A stretch of DNA of 64,000 nt, taken from Eledone cirrhosa. Taxonomy: Eukaryota. The position numbers were made by a program, and so were the translations under genes. The stretch is from positions 10,168,001-10,232,000 of the forward strand of contig OZ024766.1 of the NCBI GenBank assembly GCA_964016885.1, written 5' to 3'. Below, piece after piece: positions 38,575-51,781 of the stretch; positions within the stretch are counted from its first letter, which is position 1, and every line of letters starts with the position of its first letter. Below the pieces are notes generated by a model. It ran no database searches. It was not told where the DNA came from and worked only from the letters and a program-made list of their open reading frames with translations.

Positions 38575-39215
38575 GCAGTAGATGTACAGGGAAATTTGAT
38601 AGAAGTCGCAGTGATAGACACATTTTTCAAATGCAGGTGGTTGATAGCTTCCGGTACCTAGGTGAGCAGATTAGCAAGGGGAGGAGGGTGCTCCGAGGTG
38701 ATTGTATCTAGAATAAGGATGGGTTGGAAGAAGTTTAGGGAGCTGCTTCATCCGCTGACAAAGAAGGGTTTCTCCCTGCGTACGAAAGGACGGTTATATG
38801 ATGTGATCTGTGTGAGATGCGCGATGCTGCATGGAGGCGAGACATGGGCAGCAACTGCAGAGGATATGCGACGGCTGGAGAGAAATGAAGCAAGCATGCT
38901 CCGTTGGATGTGCAGTGTCAATGTGCGTGAAAGACCAAGCATGGACGAGTTGAGAAATAAACTGGGTATAAGAGGGATAAGTTGTGGTGTGCGGGAGAGA
39001 AGGGTGGAGGATGACCGCTGGGTAAAGAAGTGCCAAGAAATCCCAGTAGAAGGAAAGAAGGAAGACGCAGTAGAGGAAGACCACGAAAAACATGGATGGA
39101 GGTGGTGAGAGCTGACCTCAGATCGCAGAAGCTCACGGAGGAGATGATGAAGGACCGTGATGAATGGAGAGATGCTGTGCTGAATAGGACCCGTCCCACC
39201 CTTGCAAGCAGGGAA
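38575..39215 (+). mobile_element. RTE-type LINE 3' fragment
   Basis: RIRMGWKKFREL...MLHGGETW...MLRWM...GRPRKTW. Confidence 0.88.
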
Positions 39216-39322
39216 ATATATACTCTCTAGTTTAACGCTTGAAATTCCAGGAAGAGGGTCTCAATATTTTGAACGCTAGTCCTTCATTTTTCCTTATCTT
39301 CTCTCTTCTCTATATTTTCCAG

Positions 39323-39437
39323 GTATTCTAAAGGTGTAGCATCACCTCAGAGGTTTGTGAGGACACGTCTCTACTTTACTAGTGAGAGTCACATTCATTC
39401 GTTGCTGTCAATGATTCGTTATGGTGGACTCTGTGAT
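39323..39437 (+). CDS. PPIP5K: PPIP5K exon ([38 protein letters not shown])
   Basis: [16 protein letters not shown] motif. tccag| acceptor and GAT|gtaagt donor, phase 2 to 0. Confidence 0.98.
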
Positions 39438-39477
39438 GTAAGTAGACTGGAGATGTATTTATATATGTGTGTGTTTG

Positions 39478-39545
<68 letters not shown>

Positions 39546-39888
39546 TATCATTATTATTATCATCATTTTTACGTCCGCTTTTCCCTGCTTGCAAGGGTGG
39601 GACGGGAACTGATTCTGGCTTGATTTCTACAGCTGGATGCCCTTCCTAACACCAACCTCATTTACAGTGAGTGCTGGGTGCTTTTTTGCCGTGGCACCTC
39701 CACGACCACTTTGCAGTGGAATGATATGGACCCCAGTCCCTATCATCTCATTTCTACAGCTGAGTAAACTGGAGCAATGTGAAATAAAGTGTCTTGCTCA
39801 AGGAAACAACACATCACCCGGTCTGAGAATTGAACTCACAATCTTTCGATTGCAAGGTCAATGCTCTAACCACTAAGCCATGTGCCTC

Positions 39889-39983
<95 letters not shown>

Positions 39984-40020
39984 ATATAAGATCAAAAGAT
40001 GGTTAAAGGAGTTCCATGTA

Positions 40021-40087
40021 TTTTATTATGCGCATTTCAAAAACAAACATCATCATGCAATAATATTTGTGTTTTCATCAGATAAAA
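40021..40087 (-). ncRNA. type I hammerhead ribozyme, family C
   Basis: Reverse complement: ttttat-CTGATGA-aaacacaaatattat..atgatgtttgttttt-GAAA-tgcgca-TA-ataaaa. Confidence 0.8.
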
Positions 40088-40632
40088 CAGGAGAACATGA
40101 TATGAAGGCTAAAAAACACTTGTTGATAGTGCAGTTTTAAATCAACATATGAAAAGTGGTTTTAGATTGATGTGTGATATTGGGAAAAATATTTTATTTA
40201 GAGAGAGAGGGGGGGGAATCCCTCACAACATATACACCCGTTCCCCGACGTCAGAATATTCATCCGCAACCACTACCACCCTCTCTCTCTCTCTATCATA
40301 AAACCCCCCAATCTCAATTTCATCCTTAACCTATTACCCCCCTCTCCCCATCAACGAACTCATTCCCAACACATACCAACTCCCTACTCGCACACACCAA
40401 TTCCCCCAACATACAAACCCCAACTTCACACCACCCCTCTCAAATCCCTCCACACACAAACCCCAACAACTTTTTCTCCCCGTCAATTCCGAAACTGCCA
40501 CAATACCCACCAACATACACCCCCCCCCCCCTGACACCAGAACATCCATCCACAATCACCACCCTTTCTCTGTAGAGTGCTTCTTATCCGATATCTGCAT
40601 TGCTTTATTGTATTACAATAAAACTCACCTCC

Positions 40633-40667
<35 letters not shown>

Positions 40668-40735
40668 TTATATTTATTTTATAGAAGGAGCTTCTACAGG
40701 ACTAGTACTGTTTCATTCAGATGAAATCTTCAGAA

Positions 40736-40788
40736 GAGCTTCCTGAAGATTTCATCTGAATGAAACAGTACTAGTCCTGTAGAAGCTC
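40736..40788 (+). ncRNA. type I hammerhead ribozyme, family A
   Basis: gagcttc-CTGAAGA-tttc atct gaat-GAAA-cag tactagtc ctg-TA-gaagctc, 7-bp stem I. Confidence 0.85.
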
Positions 40789-41010
40789 CTTCTATAAAAT
40801 AAAAAAAATTTACTCTGCCATGTATTGAGTACCTTCCTTACTGTGGTTATCCCCGACTCAACCCGGGACCTACGTATATATATCATCATCATCATCATCA
40901 TCACCGTTTTACGTCCGTTCTTCCACGCTAGCATGGGTTAGACGGGTTGTCCTGTTGTGGGCAGTGTCTGGTCGGCTGACCATGCCTTGCTCATACAGGA
41001 ACTGATCTGG

Positions 41011-41061
<51 letters not shown>

Positions 41062-41329
41062 ACCCCAGTCCCTATCATCTCATTTCTACAGCTGAGTAAA
41101 CTGGAGCAATGTGAAATAAAGTGTCTTACTCAAGGAAACAACACATCACCCGGTCTGAGAATTGAACTCACAACCTTTCGATTGCAAGGCCAATGCTCTA
41201 ACCACTAAGCCATGTGCCTCCATATATATATACTGGCGCAAATGAGACACCCAAAAGCTACTATATATATATATATATATATATATAATGTGTGTATAGA
41301 TATGGATATAGATATATATATATACATAC

Positions 41330-41362
<33 letters not shown>

Positions 41363-41591
41363 CAATATTAATATATTGAATATTTACTCCACTAAGCTGT
41401 TGAGTGCTTTATATCAGTTATAAAATGTTTAAGCTTGTTGAATCCCAACAAATTAAATATAACCTGTGCATATATATATATATATATTTTTGAAAAAAAA
41501 CATATATATATATGTGTAGGAGGTGAGTTTATGTTGATTTAAAACTTCACTGCTCACAAGTGTTTTTTAAGCTTCATATTATGTCTCCCTA

Positions 41592-41658
41592 TTTTATCTG
41601 ATGAGAACGCAGATATCATCCCATGATGATATTTGTTTTTGAAATGCGCATAATAAAG
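41592..41658 (+). ncRNA. type I hammerhead ribozyme, family C
   Basis: ttttat-CTGATGA-gaacgcagatatcatc ccat gatgatatttgttttt-GAAA-tgcgca-TA-ataaag. Confidence 0.85.
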
Positions 41659-41729
41659 TACTTGGAACTCTTTTAACCATTTTTTGATCTTATATTATAT
41701 ATATATATATATCATCATATATATATGAT

Positions 41730-41896
<167 letters not shown>

Positions 41897-41907
41897 TCAT
41901 ATATATA

Positions 41908-42128
41908 GTGAAGGCGTGTGGCTGAGTGGTTAGAGAACTGGATTCACAATCGTGAGGTCGTGAGTTCGATTCCTGGACCAGGTGATGCGTTATGTCCTTG
42001 AGCAAGACACTTTATTTCACGTTGCTCCTTCTACCTGGAGTTGCGACCGATAGATAGTATTAGCAATTGGAAAGACCAACGGAAACATTGTTTCCTCGGT
42101 CCGATTTGACGAAAGTCGATCGTTAGGA
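41908..42128 (+). mobile_element. second tRNA-SINE subfamily (also 23948-24167; related 55558-55755)
   Basis: tggctgagtgg A box, gagttcgattcc B box, same core but a different 3' body. Confidence 0.8.
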
Positions 42129-42382
42129 ATAAATATATATATATATCATCATCATCATCATCATCATTTTGCGTCCACTCTTCCCTGCTTGCAATATATA
42201 TACATATATATATATAAGACCCGCCTTGCCAGTAGGCATCTCTAACAAAATACACCCCGTCCCACCACCACCACCACCCCCACCCCATCCACACCACCCC
42301 GTTCTATGTAAAGTTATGTTGGTGCCACGCCATCCAGGCCGAAACAAATGAGATCGTGTAGGTGTCACGACAAAAAAACACA

Positions 42383-43170
42383 CAGTCCACGCTGTAATGT
42401 GGCCGTGTAGGCAACACGGTAAAAACCTCCCAGACCCACACCTTAAATGTGGTTGGTGTTAGGAAGGGCATCCAACTGTAGAAAACCCGCCAGACAGTCC
42501 ACGCTGTAATGTGGCCGTGTAGGCAACACGGTAAAAACCTCCCAGACCCACACCTTAAATGTGGTTGGTGTTAGGAAGGGCATCCAACTGTAGAAAACCT
42601 GCCAGACAGTCCACGCTGTAATGTGGCCGTGTAGGCAACACGGTAAAAACCTCCCAGACCCACACCTTAAATGTGGTTGGTGTTAGGAAGGGCATCCAAC
42701 TGTAGAAAACCTGCCAGACAGTCCACGCTGTAATGTGGCCGTGTAGGCAACACGGTAAAAACCTCCCAGACCCACACCTTAAATGTGGTTGGTGTTAGGA
42801 AGGGCATCCAACTGTAGAAAACCTGCCAGACAGTCCACGCTGTAATGTGGCCGTGTAGGCAACACGGTAAAAACCTCCCAGCCCCACACTGTAAATGTGG
42901 TTGGTGTTAGGAAGGGCATCCAGCTGTAGAAAACCCGCCACACAGTTCACGCTGTAATGTGGCCGTGTAGGCAACACGGTAAAAACCTCCCAGACCCACA
43001 CCTTAAATGTGGTTGGTGTTAGGAAGGGCATCCAGCTGTAGAAAACCCGCCACACAGTTCACGCTGTAATGTGGCCGTGTAGGCAACACGGTAAAAACCT
43101 CCCAGACCCACACTGTAAATGTGGTTGGTGTTAGGAAGGGCATCCAACTGTAGAAAACCTGCCAGACAGT
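42383..43170. repeat. 112-bp tandem array from the LINE 3'UTR, about 7 copies
   Basis: cagtccacgctgtaatgtggcc...gaaaacctgccaga. Confidence 0.92.
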
Positions 43171-43257
43171 CCTATGCGACCAAGACAATCACTCTTGCCT
43201 CAAGTGGGACTACCCCCGTCCAAACCCATGCAAGCGTGGAACACGGACGTTAAACGT

Positions 43258-43294
<37 letters not shown>

Positions 43295-43477
43295 ATATAT
43301 ATATATATATATATAATAAATATATAATATATATTTGAAGTGGACTATGGCCTGGTATTTAGGGTGTTGAACTATGTGTAGATTTGAAGTGAAAAACAAC
43401 TCATTGGGATAAGAAACAGCGACTACTTTAATTGGTGCTCGCCTGACATATGTCTCCGCCCCTTCTCTCTCCAACAG

Positions 43478-43585
43478 GAACTCAAAGACGAACAGTGGCA
43501 CCGTGCCATGGAGTACATCAGCTCCACAGGGGAGCTGAATTACATGACTCAGATAGTCATTATGATGTTTGAGGACCCTAAAAAG
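43478..43585 (+). CDS. PPIP5K: PPIP5K exon ([36 protein letters not shown])
   Basis: DEQW.RAM.Y....[14 protein letters not shown] motif. aacag| acceptor and AAG|gtatgt donor, phase 0 to 0. Confidence 0.97.
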
Positions 43586-43664
43586 GTATGTCCCCTTTTA
43601 TATACATGTGTGTGTGTGTGTGTGTGTGTCTATATTTATATGTGTGTATGTTTATGTGAGTGTA

Positions 43665-43709
<45 letters not shown>

Positions 43710-45361
43710 GTATGTATGTGTGTGTGTATGTGTTTGTGAATATTTCTGTTGTGTGTATGTATGTGTCATCATTCATCATTTCATTTTACGTCCACTTTTC
43801 CCTGCTTGCAAGGGTGGGATGGGAACTGATTCTGGCTTGATTTCTACAGCTGGATGCCCTTCCTAACACCAACCTCATTTACAGTGAGTGCTGGGTGCTT
43901 TTTTGCCGTGGCACCTCCACGACCACTTTGCAGTGGAATGATAAGGACCCCAGTCCCTATCATCTCATTTTTACAGCTGGATGCCCTTCCTAACACCAAC
44001 CTCATTTACAGTGAGTGCTGGGTGCTTTTTTGCCGTGGCACCTCCACGACCACTTTGCAGTGGAATGATAGGGACCCCAGTCCCTATCATCTCATTTCTA
44101 CAGCTGAGTAAACTGGAGCAATGTGAAATAAAGTGTCTTGCTCAAGGACACAACACATCACACGGTCTGAGAATTGAACTCACAACCTTTCGATTGCAAG
44201 GCCAATGCTCTAACCACTAAGCCATGTGCCTCCATTGTGAAATAAAGTGTCTTGCTCAAGGAAACAACACATCACACGGTCTGAGAATTGAACTCACAAC
44301 CTTTCGATTGCAAGGCCAATGCTCTAACCACTAAGCCCTGTGCCTCCATGTGTGTATGTGTATATATGTGAGTGTGTATGTATGTTTGTGTGTGTGTGTG
44401 TATGTGTTTGTGAATATTTCTGTTGTGTGTATGTGTATATATGTATGTATGTTTGTGTGTGTGTGTGTGTGTATGTGTTTGTGTGTATGTGTATATATGT
44501 TTGTGTGTGTGTGTGTGTGTATGTGTTTGCGAATATTTCTGTTGTGTGTATGTGTATATATGTGAGTGTGTATGTATGTGTGTATGTGTATATATGTGAG
44601 TGTGTATGTATGTTTATGTGTGTGTGTGTGTATGTGTTTGTGAATATTTCTGTTGTGTGTATGTGTATATATGTATGTATGTTTGTGTGTGTGTGTGTGT
44701 ATGTGTTTGTGTGTATGTGTATATATGTTTGTGTGTGTGTGTATGTGTTTGCGAATATTTCTGTTGTGTGTATGTATGTGTGTATGTGTATATATGTGAG
44801 TGTGTATGTATGTTTATGTGTTTGTGTGTGTATGTGTTTGTGAATATTTCTGTTGTGTGTATGTGTATATATGTATGTATGTTTGTGTGTGTGTATGTGT
44901 TTGTGTGTATGTGTATATATGTTTGTGTGTCTGTGTATGTGTTTGCGAATATTTCTGTTGTGTGTATCTATGTGTGTATGTGTATGTATGTTTATGTGTT
45001 TGTGTGTGTATGTGTTTGTGAATATTTCTGTTGTGTGTATGTGTATATATGTATGTATGTTTGTGTGTGTGTGTGTGTATGTGTTTGTGTGTATGTGTAT
45101 ATATGTGAGTGTATGTATGTTTGTGTGTGTGTGTATGTGTTTGCGAATATTTCTGTTGTGTGTATGTATATGTGTATGTGTATATATGTGAGTGTGTATA
45201 TATGTGAGTGTGTATGTATGTTTTGGGTGTGCGTGTGTGTACATGTGTGTGTTGTGTATGTGTGTTTGTGTGTATGTATGTATGTTGTGTGTATATGTGT
45301 ATATACATGCATATGTTTGTGATAACTACCCTTATCTTGCCATTGTTTCTTCCACCCTTAG

Positions 45362-45487
45362 GACCCTAAATCTCCAGAGAGGTACCACATAGAGCTCCAC
45401 TTCAGCCCTGGGGCTTACACCTGTTGTGATTCCAAGAGAATCACTACACCGGGGCACAGCTACAGGGCTCTCACGAAAATTGAGCAG
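45362..45487 (+). CDS. PPIP5K: PPIP5K exon (DPKSPERYHIELHFSPGAYTCCDSKRITTPGHSYRALTKIEQ)
   Basis: ER.H.ELHFSPGA marks the end of the phosphatase domain. cttag| acceptor and CAG|gtaagg donor, phase 0 to 0. Confidence 0.96.
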
Positions 45488-45496
45488 GTAAGGTGG

Positions 45497-45531
<35 letters not shown>

Positions 45532-45678
45532 CCTAAGGTATATGTAACTTTATATATATATATATATAAAGGTATATGTAACTATATATTTATATATATA
45601 TATATATATATAATTTTAATATAGAAGAGCTACAGAACTAGAACTGTTTCATTCGTGAGAAATCATCAGGCAGGTCAT

Positions 45679-45731
45679 GAGCTTCCTGATGATTTCTCAC
45701 GAATGAAACAGTTCTAGTCCTGTAGAAGCTC
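45679..45731 (+). ncRNA. type I hammerhead ribozyme, family A
   Basis: gagcttc-CTGATGA-tttc tcac gaat-GAAA-cag ttctagtc ctg-TA-gaagctc. Confidence 0.87.
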
Positions 45732-45845
45732 TTCTATATTAAAACTTTTATACTCTGCTATGTATTGAGTACCTTACTTACTGTGGTTACCTCCGATTCA
45801 ACCCGGAATAACTTACCTATATATATATATAAAAAGGTATATGTA

Positions 45846-45912
<67 letters not shown>

Positions 45913-46175
45913 TCATCATCATCATCCTCTTCGTTTAACGTCCATTTTCCACGCTAGCATGGGTTAGACGGGAGTTGTCCCACTTGAGGCAAGGCTGGTC
46001 GGGTGACCGTGTCTCGACTATCTGGCAGGTTTTCTACGGCTGGATGCCCTTCCTAATACCAACCACATTTACAGTGTGGAACTGGGAACCTTTTACCGTG
46101 TTACCTACCTATATATATATATATATATATATACAAAGTGTTAAAACGATCAAATTTTAGTTTAGAACATTTATT

Positions 46176-46222
46176 TGCTGACAATTGTTTCTTCCAGAGG
46201 GAAGTCTGGTATCATCAGAGCA
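46176..46222 (-). ncRNA. minimal type I hammerhead ribozyme
   Basis: Reverse complement: tgct-CTGATGA-ta ccaga cttccc tctgg aa-GAAA-caattg-TC-agca, palindromic CAATTG. Confidence 0.82.
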
Positions 46223-46401
46223 TAGGGAATGTTGAAACATGTAACTAAAATCCTAGTCATTCAGAACATTTAGGGTACATAATTGTATTAGGTACATTAG
46301 ATACATAATTGTTTTTAGTGTCAAAGACATCGTGTGGAGAGTCAAGAGTTAAAAATATGTTATGCTTGAGAGAACACAATTACAGGCAGAATTGGTTGAA
46401 A

Positions 46402-46435
<34 letters not shown>

Positions 46436-48347
46436 TCATCATCATCATTTTACGTCCGCTTTTCCCTGCTTGCAAGGGTGGGATGGGAACTGATTCTGGC
46501 TTGATTTCTACAGCTGGATGCCCTTCCTAACACCAACCTCATTTACAGTGAGTGCTGGGTGCTTTTTTATCGTGGCACCTCCACGACCACTTTACAGTGG
46601 AATGATAGGGACCCCAGTCCCTATCATCTCATTTCTACAGCTGAGTAAACTGGAGCAATGTGAAATAAAGTGTCTTGCTTAAGGAAACAACACATCACCC
46701 GGTCCGAGAATTGAACGGGGGTTTTGTGCCCCCGGGGAACCCTTTGATTAAAATGAAAAATGCGTAAGAAATTAAATGGGCATAAGCCCCACACATGTGT
46801 CAAGTTTCATCCAGATCGTTTTGGTAATTTTTGAGTTTTAGGTTCACAAACAGACAGACAGAAATTGCCATTTATGTATATAGATATATAGTTATATAGG
46901 ATATAGGTATATATAGGATAACAAGTTATCATTTAAGGTAATCCAGTTAGAGGTTGTGAGTTCTCTGTGTTGTGGATAGTTTTAACGTACGCCGTTGTTT
47001 GACTCAACAAGAAGTTTCCTTAGTTAGGTGGCCAGTTTAAGAAAGTTCCTAGGCAGGCGGTTCTTTTTGATCAGACAAACACTGTAATTAAGGTCAAATG
47101 ACATAATTTCTAACAATCAGCGGCTTTTAGACTCACCTGATTAATGAAACAATTGTTAATACTGTAAGTAAATCCTTTTGTACAGCCGACCATGTTATTC
47201 TTCAAGTGCAGGACGATTAAAATAGACGGAAGCTATGGAGTAGGTAGACCCAGAAAAACGATTTGATAAATTCCGACCTCACACACTTACACCTCTCCAA
47301 GACAATGTCACGGGACCGAGATCTTTGGTGCCACGCAGTAATACAGAAGACACGCCTTGCCTAAGTACAAAGCGAAACCTACAGTCAGTAGGCACCTCTT
47401 AACAAAATATACACCCCCATCCCACTACCCCTACTCCCACCCACATCAACACCACCCTTTCTCTGTAAAGTTATGTTGGTACCACAACATCCAGTCCTAA
47501 ATAAATGAAGTCGTGTAGGTGTCACGACAAAAACACAGTCCACGCTGTAATGTGGCTGTGTAGGTAACACGGTAAAAACCTCCCAGTCCACACTGTAAAC
47601 GTGGTTGGTGTTAGGAAGGGCATCCAGCTGTAGAAAACCTGCCAGACAGTCCTATAGGAGCAAGACAACCAATCTTGCCTCAAGTGGGACAATTCCCATC
47701 TAAACCCATGCTAGCGTGGAAGATGGGCGTTAAACGATGATGATGATGATATATATGTGATGAAGAAGGTGTGGTAAGGAACCAGATGGACCATAACACA
47801 CCAGAGTACTCAATAATAGCCGTCGAAATGGCTTGAGCTCTGCTGCCAGGGTTAAACATTTTCCTATATATATATATATTGTTTGTTTACACTCTCGTGT
47901 CCCCTTTATTTACGTGTCCCAACGACTTTTTTTAGCCGTTGCTCGCACCAACCGGAGGTATATGGTCTTTAAAGCGATGAAATACCTATGATGGTTGGAA
48001 GATTACTGATGAAGGACTAACTTTATTCATATATATATATATATACACACACTTATATATTACATATATATATATATATATGTACACACACATATATATA
48101 TATACATACATTAATCATATTTTCATTTTTTTTTTCTTTTTCTCTTTCACTGGTTCTGATGATGTTGATACTACTACCACTACCACTACTACTACTACAA
48201 CTACTACCACAACTGCTACTACTACTACCACAACTGCTACTACTTCTACTACTACTACTACTACCACCACAACTACTACTACTAAATATAATGCCACCAC
48301 CACCACTACTACTACTACTACAACTGTAATACCAACAACAACAACAG

Positions 48348-49664
48348 CTGTTTATGAGTGATGACCAGTGGCGTCGCAATGCATCGGTCAGCCTGTCAAA
48401 CATGAGGAGCTTTTCTCTGATGCGGGCCGCCACGCCGGCCACGGCGCCTGCCGATGACCTCACCGATGTCCTGGAGGTGCCGGACGATGAGGACGTGTCG
48501 GAGAACGAAGAGGAGGCGTCGGCGGCGGTGGGCGGTAGGAAGAGCGAGGAGATGGAGAGGAAGAGGAAGAAAGAGGAGATGGAGAGGAAGAGGAAGAAAG
48601 AGGAGGTGGCGGCGGCGGCAGCGGAAGCAGCAGCAGCAATTTTGGGCAGTGGGGAATCTAGGGTAGGTGCTGAAGGTGGTGCCTCGCAGGTTGTCAAGGG
48701 CAGTGGGAAGAGGTGGGAATGCAGTGTGGTGGGAGTGGAGAAAGGAACTGTAGAAGGGGAGGAGAAGGAGGAGGAGGAAGCGAAGACGTGTAAGAGTTCA
48801 GAATGCAGTATAGTGGGAGGAAGAGGAAGTGTGGAGGAAGGAGGGAAAGAGGAAGGGGTGCACAGTAGGAAGGGGAGTGGCAAGAGGTGGGAATGCAATG
48901 TGGTGGAAGAAGGAGTAGGAGGGGGAGAGAAAGGCGAGAAGGAGGACATGATGAGGATGATGATGATGGAGGGCAAGAGCGGCGGAGGGAAGAGGTGGGG
49001 GAGTAACAGTGTGGGTGGGGGCAGCGAGGGGGGCGAAAGCGACGGGGAAGGGGGGGAGGAGAAGAAGGACGAAGAGAAGAGGGCGGAGTGGGAGGTGGAA
49101 CATGATGTTGGGGACGAGGGCGGCGGCGGGGAGGAGGAGGAGGTGGTGGTGGTAGATGTCAGGGGAGGACGAAGAGGAGGAGGGGAGGAGCTTGACGGAG
49201 GGGGGGAAGTAGACGGAGAGGGTGGCGGTTGCAGGGAGGAGGAGGAGGAAGGGGGTCGGAATGCGAGCAAGACTGGCCCCCTGGCGGTGAGTGTGGAGGG
49301 CGGGATGGCGCGGGGAGGAGCTAGGGAGCCACGGAGGTGGGAGGTGGTGCCTCAGGAGACTGGGGACATCAGCGTCAGCAGCAGCAGCAACAACAACAAC
49401 AGCAGCAGCGGCGGCAGCACCAGCAGCAGCACGCCCACAAGCGGGCAGTGGAAGGAGGAGTTAGGCGAGAAGGCGGAGCTAATGGCAGCAGGGGCGGAGC
49501 CAACTACTGCAGAGGCGGGGCCTTCGATTCTAACTTCGTCAGAGGCTAGGACAGGAGGAGGAGTGAGAGAGGAGTGCCTGGCTGATGCCATAGGGGCGAT
49601 GGTGGGAGGAGTACGAAGGGGAGGTGGAGACGAAGAAGAAGACAACAGCTGCAAACCTAAAAAA
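48348..49664 (+). CDS. PPIP5K: large (439-codon) low-complexity Glu/Gly-rich exon of the PPIP5K C-terminal disordered region
   Basis: 1317-bp GC-rich open frame in AT-rich surroundings. aacag|CTG acceptor and AAA|gtaagt donor, phase 0 to 0, compatible with both neighbours. No recognisable homology. Confidence 0.75.
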
Positions 49665-49735
49665 GTAAGTCCTTGTTGTTTATATATATATATATGTGTG
49701 TGTGTGTGTATGTGTGTGTACATATATATATATAT

Positions 49736-50055
49736 GGTGGCTGCCAACTCGTTTTCGAGTACGGCCACTCCTTTATATCCATGTAGGAGAACCCCTACCG
49801 ATGCGCTGAACGAGTGTGACTTTTTAGTCCAGCCAGCGACTTGAAAACTCTGGTACAAACACTACACCTGTGACAATTATTGACACATAGTGCTGGGCCC
49901 ATGGTACCATGTGACGACAAGTGCAGAGAGATCTCCAGATATAAAGCAATGCCTGTGCCGTGAAGCTTTTATAGTGAGCAAAGGCACTGCACAAAGCCAG
50001 TCCCACTCTCTTAACCAAGATGATATTTACCAAAAAGAAGAACAAGTCAACATCA
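49736..50055 (+). mobile_element. unclassified interspersed repeat (inverted copy at 24760-25083); abuts an RTE 5'UTR-like segment at 50055-50338 on -
   Basis: Two near-identical ~320-bp copies 25 kb apart in opposite orientation, both starting at (TA)n. Confidence 0.65.
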
Positions 50056-50396
50056 TTGGATACCATCAGGGTTGCAGGTGTTATATCAGAGTTTTCCTTC
50101 TCCTAGAATTCTGCCTTGACAAAGGCTAAGGGGTCGTCTCTCCCGGTGATTTTGGATGGCCATTGACTCTTAAGAGCTCCTTTGCCCTTTGACAGGTTTT
50201 GTTTTTAGTCCTGCAGGATGTCCAAAGTCACCCTCCTCGCCAAGAAAGCTTGGTGGGGTTGCCAGTTTAGTTGCCAACGACCCGACCATGAGACAGGTTG
50301 TACTGGGATACATGTTACCAGTAGCACCAGTGTGTCTATATATATATATATACACACATATTAATAAATGGAAACTATATTTATAAAATCATATTT

Positions 50397-50460
50397 ATTT
50401 TATTATACATATTTCAAGGGCAACCAAGGCAAATTATGGTGCACTTTCATCAGATAAAAT
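50397..50460 (-). ncRNA. type I hammerhead ribozyme, family B2
   Basis: Reverse complement: attttat-CTGATGA-aagtgcacca..tggttgccctt-GAAA-tatgta-TA-ataaaat. Confidence 0.75.
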
Positions 50461-50686
50461 ACAGATTTGTTTTATAAATATTGACATACCCGGAAAAATT
50501 TACTCCACTAAACTGTTGAGTGCTTTATATCAGTTATAAAAAATGTTTAAGCTTGTTGAATCCCAACAAATTAAATATAACCTCTGCATATATATATATA
50601 TACATATATATACACACACACACATATATATATATAGATGCATATATATATATGTGTGTATGTATGTATATATATATGTGTGTGTG

Positions 50687-50715
<29 letters not shown>

Positions 50716-50721
<6 letters not shown>

Positions 50722-51300
50722 AAGAATTCATATCTAGTAACATATATATACATACAGATGCATATCAATGCTAGCAAATATATAGGTTTTGTCTTAATAA
50801 CAGTGTGGTTCAATGCATGGGGTTGCAGAACAATAATATAAGAGACGTAAAATAAGAAAAGTATAAAATTAACTTACTTACTAAAATATCACTTCCAACT
50901 AATTAGTTTCTGGAATGGAGTAAATATATTTTCCGAAGAATAATATAGAGAAGCATTCCGTCGTCAGGAAAGTCTATTCTCATGTAAAGTTTCCAGGCAA
51001 AGCGAGGACACTGGAAACTTATTTAAAAATAATTCAGTGGATAGGAAATAGCGAAGCGTGGACTGAATTCCAAGCCATTGAGAAAATCACTGCCTCTACG
51101 TCTGTGGCAAATTCAAAAAGAATCGAACACGTGACATCGAGGTCAATCAGTGGAAAGTGGTTTGCTAATAAGACAACCGTAGCAGCAGTCATGGCCAATA
51201 TTGCTCGACAAATAATTTGGAGATAATAATAAAGAATTCATATCTAGTAACATATATATACATACAGATGCATATCAATGCTAGCAAATATATAGGTTTT
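50716..51300 (-). mobile_element. hammerhead-containing unit bounded by ~75-bp direct repeats
   Basis: ataataaagaattcatatctag...ataggtttt at 50716-50790 and 51226-51300. Confidence 0.65.
50891..50973 (-). ncRNA. type I hammerhead ribozyme
   Basis: Reverse complement: actttc-CTGACGA-c ggaatg...cattcc a-GAAA-ctaattag-TT-ggaagt, palindromic CTAATTAG. Confidence 0.8.
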
Positions 51301-51328
51301 TATATATATATATATATATATATATAGG

Positions 51329-51379
<51 letters not shown>

Positions 51380-51486
51380 GGATATGTGTTCCTTCACGCA
51401 CAAGGCGCTAAGGTACGCATGTATTGTCCAACCAAATGCCAGTGTGGTTCAATGGCAGGTTAATAAATTAACGAGCCAGAACAAAT

Positions 51487-51781
51487 ATAAACAAGGTTTA
51501 GCAAATAATGAAAAATTTCAAAATAAATTTTAAAAAATTGACTTTACCTACTATAGTTACCGTTACCGATCGGTTTCGAATCCCAAAAATAAACGGAGAC
51601 CATACAGCCTTCATTGCAAAGAAAGATTCTCGTTCAGAAGCTTTCTTTGCAACGAAGGCCGTATGGTCTCCGTTTATTTTTGGGATTCGAAACCGATCGG
51701 TAAAGGTAACTATAGTAGGTAAAGTCAATTTTTTAAAATTTATTTTGAAACTTTTTCATTATTTGCTAAACCTTGTTTATA
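51487..51781. mobile_element. ~295-bp foldback element with the 3' half of a hammerhead
   Basis: GAAA-ccgatcgg-TA on both arms; the 5' core is absent. Confidence 0.65.

Noticed and set aside
48053-49270. 405-aa minus-strand ORF
   Set aside because: It is the shadow of the purine-rich + strand exon and adjacent microsatellite.
49736-49780. HDV-like ribozyme at the repeat 5' end
   Set aside because: Only a simple hairpin (gtggctg/cggccac) is visible; the P2/P3/P1.1 pseudoknot could not be assigned.
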